This document shows, in pieces, positions 34,636-42,870 of a stretch of 42,870 bases of DNA (position 1 is its first letter; every line of letters begins with the position of its first letter). The stretch comes from Chiloscyllium plagiosum (lineage: Eukaryota), in NCBI RefSeq assembly GCF_004010195.1, contig NC_057750.1, positions 1,403,153 to 1,446,022 of the forward strand. Reading direction: 5' to 3'. The translations under genes were made by a program, and so were the position numbers. The notes below the pieces were generated by a model. That model saw only the letters and a program-made list of their open reading frames with translations, made no database searches and was not told where the DNA came from.

Positions 34636-35182
34636 TAACCAATGGCCACACTTGCGGCCACAGTTCAGCAGAAACACAGGTGTCCTCTCCCCAGGCTTTG
34701 CCGTCTCCCTCATTTTCACCGGCGAGCAGGAATTCGTCAAATTTACATCTTTAACGACAGTACGCCCTCCCTTTCCTGAGGCTGCAGTGTCCATCTGTGC
34801 TGTGAGAGGTTTTTTCTTCACCTGAAGAGAGCTAATGAAACACCAGCAGCTGGGGAGTTCTGTGACCTTTTCAAACATTGAAGCGTTCTCACATTCTGTT
34901 TTCACAGCTCTGTCGAAGGTAGGTGCTAATTCATTATCAAGTGAACATTTCAATCTCCTGTCTGTTACTTCTGGCTGCACTGGGCATGGACTGAGCGGCT
35001 GGAGAGGGGAGCAGAGATCTGAAGGGAGGCAGTGCGGCAGACTCTGAGATATCTAGCTTCCTGTCCCACCCTCCTCCCTTGTCAACAATCCCTTCCTGCC
35101 CCGTGCGGCAAAGCAAGATCCAAACTGGAATAACGATTCAGCAATAAATGCCAATCACATTGAAACGTAGAAATTAGGAGCA

Positions 35183-35420
35183 ACTTTACTGCAGATGCTG
35201 GAATTTGTACTGCAGACAAGAAATGCTGGAGATGACCAGTGGGTCAGGCAGCACCCGCAGAGACACAACAAGCAAATGGTTCCTGTCTAGATGACTCTTT
35301 ATCAGAGCTGACATGAGGGGACAGTGTTAATGCAATGGTGTGGGGGGTAGAGTCCTGAGGGAGAAAGGGTGTTGACAGAGTAGATTAAATGATGGGACAT
35401 AAAAACTCGTAGAAACATCT
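35183..35420 (-). mobile_element. Penelope-like element end, degenerate hammerhead
   Basis: Minus strand CTCTGATAAAGAGTCATCTAGACAGGAACC; same family as 28270-28710. Confidence 0.6.
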
Positions 35421-35656
35421 GGCAATTCGAGTCTGCTCAACCTTTCCCCATCATCATGGGTTAACACCCAACTCAGCTCCCATTCGAACCCCAACTTTGA
35501 TGATTCCTTTCGCCCACAAAATTGCACCCTTCTTAAAATCCAGCCAAATGGCAAGAAATGACTTTGATGACTCAACTCATTCCCCTGTCATCCCCATGTC
35601 ATTCCAGAGAAATTAGGTGAGCGGTTCCCATCCCACTCCAGGCAACTGAGCACAAA

Positions 35657-36033
35657 ACTGAGGGAGTGCCGCACTGTCTGAGGGTCAGTGCTGAGGGAGT
35701 GCTGCACTGTCGGAGGGTCAGTGCTGAGGGAATTGGCACTGTCAGAGGGTCAGTGCTGAGGGAGTTCCTCACTGTCAGAAGATTAGTGCTGAGGGAGTGC
35801 CACATTGTCGGCGGGTCATTGCTGAGAGAGCGCCGCACTGTTGGATGGTCAGTACTGAGGGTGTGCTGCACTTTTGGAGGGTCAGTGTTGAGGGAGTGTT
35901 GCACTGTCGGAGGGTCAGTGCTGAGGGAGTGCCGCACTGTCGGAGGGTCAGTGCTGAAGGTGTGCTGCACTGTCGGAGGGTCAGTGCTGAGGGAGTGCCG
36001 CACTTTTGGAGGGTCAGTGCTGTGGGAGTTCCA
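35657..36033 (+). repeat. 33-bp minisatellite, about 11 copies, inside a Deu-SINE head
   Basis: Unit CTGAGGGAGTGCCGCACTGTCGGAGGGTCAGTG; preceded by TCCCACTCCAGGCAACTGAGCACAAAA. Confidence 0.97.
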
Positions 36034-37149
36034 CACCTGTACATATCACTGTAACGCTGTAATGAGAACTCTGAATGTACTGGGACACACCCCCAGCTCA
36101 TCAACTGTATCTGCAGGGTAGTTGCTCCCTGTCATAGCCTCCACTCTCTGAAACCCCCTCAGTATTTGCAGTATCCTCTCCTTGCCTTGCCTTTCAGTGC
36201 TCTCCCCCCTCAGCTGGAGATTTCCAGCTCCCAGTGCTTCTGCCTAACTGTGCCATTTCTCAGAGACACAGGGCAAGGAAGCATCTACTGGCTGTCAGTA
36301 ATTCCCTGTCTCCCCAAGAGGGATAGCCTTGACTGGGCTTTTCTCCCACAGTCTAGCAGGGGCAGCCTCCAGTGTCAGCCCAGTTGTTTGGCCATGATCA
36401 GTCGGTCACTCCTGGTGCTCAGAGTCAGGGTCCTGTCTGTGTGAGGGGTAAGGAGCTGAATGTTCGAGAGCTCCCCACCCACTGTCCGAGGGGAAATGGA
36501 GACTGACCGTCGTCCTGGTGTTAATTACTGTCTGTTTGATGAGCTCTTGCAACTTTACTTCTGAAACATGGAGCAGCAGCATGCCCTTAGCTCACCCTCA
36601 GGTACCCATTCCTATTGAGATCCAATATTGTCCCCAGAGCCTGTCTGGGATGTGGGGGTTGGGAGGGAGTTAGTGAGCTGTTTGTAAGGGCGCTGCTGAT
36701 TAATTTCTGGAATACATACAAACTCAGGCATGTTCTTTACTCACTAAACTTGGGTACAACTTTGGCGACTTGTCAGCTGTCTAAACAGTCTAATCCGAAA
36801 TGAATCTCCTTTGGTGAAATTAATTCAGGATTGTGCTATTTAGACATCTGACGAGTGAAGACCTCATTTTCCAAAGTCTAAAATGAATCTGCACAAGTGT
36901 GACTATAGAGAGACGTCGAATCTATCCCTGTGAGTCGCTTTGCCTTTTGATGGTCAGTTCGAAAAATTGGGGAATAGCTCCTGGAGCAGATCTGGAAGTA
37001 AAGACAGTTCATCTCCTTTCTAGCAGTGATATACTGGGTGTGATGCCCGTACTTTGTCCAAGGCTTGGCAAGAGGATGTAGACACTGACAATCCAGGGAA
37101 ATGCAAGGGGTAACTTGGCACTGCCAGCTAATAGCAATGCTGCACTCAC

Positions 37150-37745
37150 CCACCATCCAGCCCCTTCCTCTGGTCCAGCACAGCCTGGCTGGGCCGAATG
37201 ACCTGATTCTGTGCTGTTGTTTCTCTGTAAGTTTGCCCATCCATTTCTCACATCCTCAGTGTGGTTCCATGCCGTTAGCCCTCCAGCATTAGCCTTGCAA
37301 CTCTCCTGAACTGATCTCCAGCCTCACTGTGTGATTAGGGTGCAGTTGGAAGCTATTCCTGAGCTCCAATCCCCTGCCTTTCACCATACCCCTCACCCAT
37401 TACTGTCCAAATAACCATCCGATGCCCCAATGCCTCAGTTGAATGTTCCTCCAATACATTCCCAGGCAGCACATTTCCAGACCCTAACTACCTGCCGTGT
37501 TAAAGAGATTTTCCACACATTAGCCTAGCTTTATGTCCCCATCACTTTCAATCTACACCCTCTCATCTACTTGCCCTTTTGTGAGCTTCTCCCCACCCAT
37601 TGTACCCAGCCCCAGCTCATGGTTTTGAAAGCCTCAACCAGATCTCCCTTTCAGCCTTCCTCACTCCAGTCCAGAGTATATCAATCTATCATCATCGCTT
37701 AATATTTTCATCCCTGGGACCGTTCTCGTAAATAGCTCCTGCATT
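37150..37745 (-). mobile_element. old CR1-like LINE 3' fragments
   Basis: CCAGGCAGCACATTTCCAGACCCTAAC..AAAGAGATTTT..AGATCTCCCTTTCAGCCTTC..TCCCTGGGACCGTTCTCGTAAAT. Confidence 0.55.
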
Positions 37746-37747
37746 CT

Positions 37748-38451
37748 TGTTTCTTTGGGAAGCTCTTTTGGAATCTTAGCTGAAATAACTCCCCAGAGGC
37801 CGGTATCCCATCACCAATTTCCACTTTATTTTCACAGGGAGAGTCCCTGACCCTGTCCCTGACCCTGACCTTGTCCCTGACCTTATCCCTGCTGCTGACC
37901 CTGTCCCTGACCTTGTCCCTGACCCTGACTCTGACCTTGTCCCTGTCCCTGACCCTGACCCTGATCTTGTCCCTGTCCCTGACCCTGACCCTAACCCTGT
38001 CGCTGACCCTGATCCTGACCTTGTCCCTGCCCCTTACCCTGTCCCTGACCCTGACCTTGTCCCTGTCCCTGATCCTGTCCCTGACCTTGTCCCTGACCTT
38101 GTCCCTGTCCCTGTGTCCCTGTCCCTGACCCTGTCTCTGACCCTGTCCCTGTCCCTGACCCTGTCCCTGACCCTGACCCTGTCCCTGTCCCTGTCACTGA
38201 ACCCTGTCCCTGACCCGGTCCCTGTCCCTGACACGATCCCTGACCCTGATGCTGACCCTGTCCTTGTCCCTGTCCCTGACCCTGACCCTGACCCAGCTCC
38301 CTCAGAGCCAGCTCTTAGAGTGAGCAGAATCTCTGACACTCCTGTTTATATCTGTCAGCCAGGACTCCCTGATTGGACCAGGTTAACAGCCCCAGTCAGG
38401 GAACTCAGATTCTATGAGGCCCACCTGACTGACCTTGTCACAAACACTACA
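37748..38451 (-). mobile_element. solo LTR containing an expanded hexamer array
   Basis: TGT...ACTACA termini, flanks TTCT/GTCT; minus-strand CCAAT (38372-38376), TATAAA (38345-38350) and AATAAA (37825-37830). Confidence 0.7.
37845..38293. repeat. compound hexamer array (CCCTGA/CCCTGT/CCTTGT)n
   Basis: 6-bp periodicity; the minus strand is TCAGGG/ACAGGG and G-quadruplex-prone. Confidence 0.97.
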
Positions 38452-38714
38452 GTCTCAGACTTCAATAATGACCAACATGTCCATTTCTGAGTATTATTAT
38501 TTTATTTTAAACCTGCCTTCCCTCCGGGATGATTATCGCTCTTTATGGGTTGGCTACAGGACCTCAGTGGATAGAAGGAATAACACACCCGAACGGACCT
38601 TGTTATAATCACTACAACAGCCGCTTAAAAAGCTGAGATTGTGGACGGTCCCTGTCCCTTCAACAGCAGCAGCTCAGACTGAGTTGCTGCTGGGGGAGAC
38701 AGCGGAGTGATGGC

Positions 38715-38955
38715 TATGTCACAATTGGTGGTCTTGAGGTTTAAACTAACATTCCAGTAACTTTAGGTTCAAATCCCACCAATGGGAGATGTTGGAGTTT
38801 ACAGTGAATTCTGTTCGAAATCTGGAAATAAAAACCAGTCTCAGCAGTAGGAACAAAACTGAAGAAAACCATCTGCTCCATGAATGGCCTTTTTGGAAAT
38901 CCCTCCTCCTGACCCAGTCTGGCCCACATGTGGATCTGGGTCCATTGCTGTGTCA
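38715..38955 (+). mobile_element. tRNA-derived SINE, second family (degenerate)
   Basis: GGTTCAAATCCCACC..AAATCTGGAAAT..GTCTGGCCCACATGTG. Confidence 0.6.
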
Positions 38956-39959
38956 AGTGAGCTGGATTTTTATCCAGGAAGGGAATCGATGGTTATGGGG
39001 ACCAGGGAGAAAAATAGAGTTGAAGATGATCAGATCAGCTGTGCTCTCATTGAATGGCGAAGCAGACTAGATGGGCCAAATGGCTTACTTCTGCTCCTAT
39101 GATTTATAGCTGACTCCTAACTGTTCCAAAGGGCAATTAGGAATGGATAGAACAAATGGATAAGCAAATGATACCCTGAGGATCTCCTGAAGCACTGTGC
39201 TTTCCTGAGCTGTGTGAGACAACATTGACAGTAAAGGACAACAGCCAGAGAGTAAACAGCAGATTCATGGGAAAACTGAAAAAGGTTCTTCAACGCCATA
39301 GAATGAGATTCCACATCAATGCTCCTCCTCAAGGACAGCGCTGTTCTGCTGTTAGATAACTGGAGCAATTGGAAAACACAATCCAGCTGTTGGAAGGTCA
39401 GGGCTTGGAATGCCTCCTGGATGCAGTTGGTAATGGATGCTCCTCACCAGTTGGTGAACCATGAAGAATGGCCAATGAGCAGCTCCCTTTCCCCCTGTTC
39501 CTCATGCTCACTGTGAAACACTTCCCGAAATGGCCCAGTCGAAGCTAGAACCTGAGCTCAATGGAGGGCATTTTTTTTAGCAGAAAGCATTGCCTTCTTC
39601 AGCAAATGAAGAGGATTGATGAGCAAGTGGTAGAAATCAAATTTTCATTTCATTTCCAACTACTTACAGCCTTACAGAGTGTGTAATTTATGATATCTTA
39701 CACCACACAAATTAAATCACAATTACTGCAAGCTAATTTATGACAATCTCAAGAATATTTTAGGGGTTGATTAATTATTGTATTGCTCCGTTTTCCTACT
39801 CGAATTTTGCTTATGTTTTTGCATTTAATTTTTCTTCCAATTCTTTCCTTGATGATATGGTTAATAAGGTAGTTTGAAAGGCAGATGGAGTGCTTGCTGT
39901 TATCAGTCGGTGCATTGATGATAAGAGCAGGGGATGATGTTGGAGCCGTACAGGATTTT

Positions 39960-40215
39960 GAATCAGTCACGGCTGGAGGACTGTGTGCAGTTCTGGTCCC
40001 CACACACTACAGGAAGGATGTGATTGTAGTGGAGGGGGTGAGGGGGAGACTCACCAGGATGCTCCCTGGGATGGAGCAGTCCAGCGACGGGGAGAGGCTG
40101 GATAAGCTCTGGTTGTTTTCTTTAGGACAGGGAAGGCTGAGGGGGATCCTGATAGAGGGGTATACAATGGGGAGACACACACATGGACAGGGTCAATAAA
40201 AAGCAGCTGTTCATC
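39960..40215 (+). mobile_element. CR1 ORF2 fragment
   Basis: HYRKDVIVVEGVRGRLTRMLPGME..ERLDKLWLFSLGQGRLRGILIE. Confidence 0.8.
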
Positions 40216-40219
40216 CATT

Positions 40220-40460
40220 TATCCCTCATTCTCTCTGTGTGTCTCTCACTCTCCCCACTCTCCCTCAGTGTCCCTCACTCCTCACTCTCCCTCAGTGTCC
40301 CCCACTCTCCCTTGCACTCCCTTAGAATGTCCCTCCCTCTACCTCACAGCATCCTTCACTCTCCCTCGGAGAGATTCTCACTCCTACACAGTGTCCCTCA
40401 CCCTCCCTCAGTGTCCCTCACTGTCCCTTGGGAAAGTCCTCACTCCTCCACATTGTCTCT
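40220..40460. repeat. CT-rich low-complexity tract (CTCCCTCAGTGTCCCTCA-like units)
   Basis: Recurrent CCCTCAGTGTCCC motif. Confidence 0.7.
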
Positions 40461-41505
40461 GAGTTTAGCACCAGCTGATTTGTAAAGTTGTATAATTCAG
40501 GGCAGTCAAATCGAGGAAGGTATGTGTGATCGGTTTAACTCGGGCAGAACAGCAGGCAACAGCATAACAACACAGAGCATGAAAAAGACATTCAAGATAA
40601 TTATAATTATTTGGAGGTGAATGTTAGAGTTGCTAGTGACGTCTCTGACTCCCCCTATTAATTAGTGGGTTGTCAGGTCCACAGGAATCTCGATGAAATT
40701 TGACGAGAATTGTATCTGAAACCGACGGGGGTTCGAATCCTGTCTTACATCAAATGAAAGCCGCCAGGAACCTTCAAAATCCACTTGTGCTGAGTAAAGG
40801 TCTTCAGCGACAGAGGAATAAACATTTTGAGGATGCCTCATCAATCATTTCAATGTATGCCTTTGTTTCAGAGCCATGTATTTATATCATTGAGTAAAGA
40901 GCAGTGCTCTGTGAAAGCTACTTAATACAATGCCAAGTATGCTGTCCAATGATCAGCACTAGTAATTTTCCTGCAATCTCTGAAATTAAAGCCTTTCATA
41001 TAATTAGTAGTTACAATTGTAATTGATGCTTTTTCCTTTGAGGGAGATGGTGATTTGTGAAGGGCATTCTGTTTGTAAACTGCAGATTGCCTTTGATGTT
41101 AGCCTCTATCTCAGATGGAGCCAAAGAAATGCACGTTTCTCTCTCTCTCTCTCTCTCTCCCACATTCCTCCCCATTTCCCCTTTTGCTCCAGTTTTCTGG
41201 GGCACACTCTCCCCCTCAGTGCCTCGCTGGCTGGCTCCTCTGTTGCTGTGGTTGAAATCGCACTGTGGGGACTCGAGCCACAAACACATTCCCTGATGCA
41301 CACACAGCGAATCTCTTATTGAAGCAGGCAGCTCATTTGAAACGTGTTTAAGCCAGTCATTATCATTGTCACACGGCACCACAACAACAATTTGTATTTC
41401 TCCAGCTGCCTGAGCCCTGTGCAGAAACCAAGCGGCCTCTCTGAGTGTAATCCCACACACTTCGAGAGTGAGATCAGGGCAGGAGACTGAAAGGTCAGCT
41501 AAAGA

Positions 41506-41788
41506 TAGGATTAGGATCAGGGTTAGGGTCATGGTCAGGGTCAAGGTTAAGGTTAGGGTTAGGGATGGGTTTAGGGTCAGGGTTAGGGTTAGCGTTAGGG
41601 ACAGGGTTTGGGTTAGGGTTATGATTAGGGTCAGGGTTAGGGTTAGGGATCGGTTTAGGGTTAGGTTTAGGGTTAGGGACAGGGTTAGGGACAGGGTTAG
41701 GGTTAGGGTTAGGGACCAGTTTAGGGTTAGTGTTAAGGACAGGGTTAGGGTTAGGATTAGGGTTAGGGTCAGGGTTAGGATTAGGGTT
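41506..41788 (+). repeat. interstitial telomeric-like tract, (TTAGGG)n with TCAGGG/ACAGGG variants
   Basis: About 47 hexamers, in phase over most of the tract. Confidence 0.95.
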
Positions 41789-41789
41789 T

Positions 41790-41890
41790 ATCAACCTGAA
41801 GCATTGACGTTCCTCGGATGCTGTCTGACCTGCTGTGTTTTTCCAGCTATTGACTCTTGCTTCCAGCATCTGCAATCCTTACTGTCTCCA
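41790..41890 (+). mobile_element. Penelope-like element end fragment
   Basis: CCTGAAGCATTGA..CCTCGGATGCTGTCTGACCTGCTGTGTTTTTCCAGC..CCAGCATCTGCAATCCTTACT; same family as 10613-10730. Confidence 0.65.
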
Positions 41891-42109
41891 GCTCAGCTAA
41901 AGAGCTTCCTAAAGTTGGACAGGGAGGTGAATAGCGAGGGTTTGTGTTTTTAACTGATATTCTGGTACAGTTCTGCAGCAAGGGGTTGAGGGAATGCTAG
42001 AGCACATTCCAGGGAACATTACAGGAGTGTGGCATATCACTGCACACTTCCCAGAGACCCTCTGTTCCTTAAGACAGCTAGATGAGATTACAGAATGGGC
42101 TCCTAGTAT

Positions 42110-42320
42110 GGAGATCAGTTAGCTCAGTTGGTTAGGTAGCTCGCTTGTGATAGTGTGTTACCAACAGTGTGCGTTCAATTCCCACAGTGGCTGAAGTCCC
42201 CAGGAAGGGCTTTCCATCTCGCCCTCTCCTCTCACCTGAGGCATGGACTCCCTCAGGTTAAAGCCCACCAGTAATCTCTCTCTAATGGGAGAGTAGCCGC
42301 ATGGTCTGGTGTGTGAAAGG
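42110..42320 (+). mobile_element. tRNA-derived SINE, third family
   Basis: A-box TAGCTCAGTTGG, B-box GTTCAATTCCC; body matches 9085-9290. Confidence 0.65.
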
Positions 42321-42684
42321 TCTTCATTATACTGTCTGGACAGTCAGACCATAATGTGATGTCAACATCATGTAAAGGACTGTCTGACACAGTCTAGATG
42401 GTGGTAGTGTCCCTATTTCTGAGCTAGCAGACCCAGATTCAAACCCACCCCCACTTCAGTGGGCAGTTTAATGGATTTGAACAATGAAGACTGGATTTTT
42501 TAAAATGTATAACTCAGACTGTGGCTTTGCTGTTGACCCATTGGTTAATTGGATAGGTTAATTAATCCGTTGCCCAACCTATTGTGGGGCAGTGGGAGTG
42601 TCCTTTCCTCTGAGCCCAAAGGTGGGGGGGTCAAGTCCCACTTGCCCTGGATGTGTGTCATACCATGAACTGGAGGGGCTGGAT

Positions 42685-42870
42685 ATAGAACATAGAACAT
42701 AGAAAAATACAGCTCAGTACAGGCCGTTCGGCCCTCGATGTTGCGCCGATCCAAGCCCACCTAACCTACACTAGCCCACTATCCTCCATATGCCTATCCA
42801 ATGCCCGCTTAAATGCCCATAAAGAGGGAGAGTCCACCACTGCTACTGGCAGAGCATTCCATGAACTCAC
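42685..42870 (-). mobile_element. CR1 LINE 3' end (runs off the window)
   Basis: (ATAGAAC)n tail, CAGGCCGTTCGGCCCTCGATGTTG, CCGCTTAAATGCC. Confidence 0.85.

Noticed and set aside
39174..39268. Minus-strand signal-peptide-like ORF (MNLLFTLWLLSFTVNVVSHSS..)
   Set aside because: Short, weak donor, no recognisable downstream exon or homology; compatible with chance.
40662..40844. Minus-strand 60-aa ORF as a terminal exon
   Set aside because: No recognisable family and only a weak acceptor; would need blastx or RNA-seq support.
37845..41788. Ancestral telomere-telomere fusion site
   Set aside because: The order is C-rich then G-rich, the opposite of a head-to-head fusion. The arrays are 3.2 kb apart, and the left one is mostly non-canonical and lies inside an LTR.
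41468..41953. RV-repeat and NP-repeat ORFs (also the LT/SL- and GQ-repeat ORFs at 37871-38490)
   Set aside because: Translations of hexamer repeats.

Overview
Vertebrate, repeat-dense non-coding DNA. The HE1-type V-SINEs, HER1/CR1 LINEs and Deu-domain SINEs point to a cartilaginous fish (shark); this assignment is inferred from repeat content. I recognise no intact host protein-coding gene. Most ORF-track entries are LINE/LTR fragments or minisatellite artefacts. The window contains: (i) many CR1-clade LINE fragments and at least four tRNA-derived SINE families, often nested; (ii) a 5.6 kb decayed Ty3/gypsy provirus with both LTRs, an AAGG TSD, a tRNA-Pro-like PBS and a PPT, whose integrase precedes RT (Gmr1-like order); (iii) three solo LTRs; (iv) many Penelope-like element (PLE) ends with minimal type-I hammerhead ribozyme motifs, one with an intact catalytic core inside a 229-bp insertion with a 10-bp TSD; (v) a frameshifted fragment resembling the start of a WNK kinase domain; (vi) several tandem arrays, two types of which visibly arose inside a host element (33-bp unit in a Deu-SINE, hexamer in a solo LTR), plus an interstitial TTAGGG tract. 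Family names come from recalled consensus sequences, not database searches. Boundaries are approximate unless a TSD is given.
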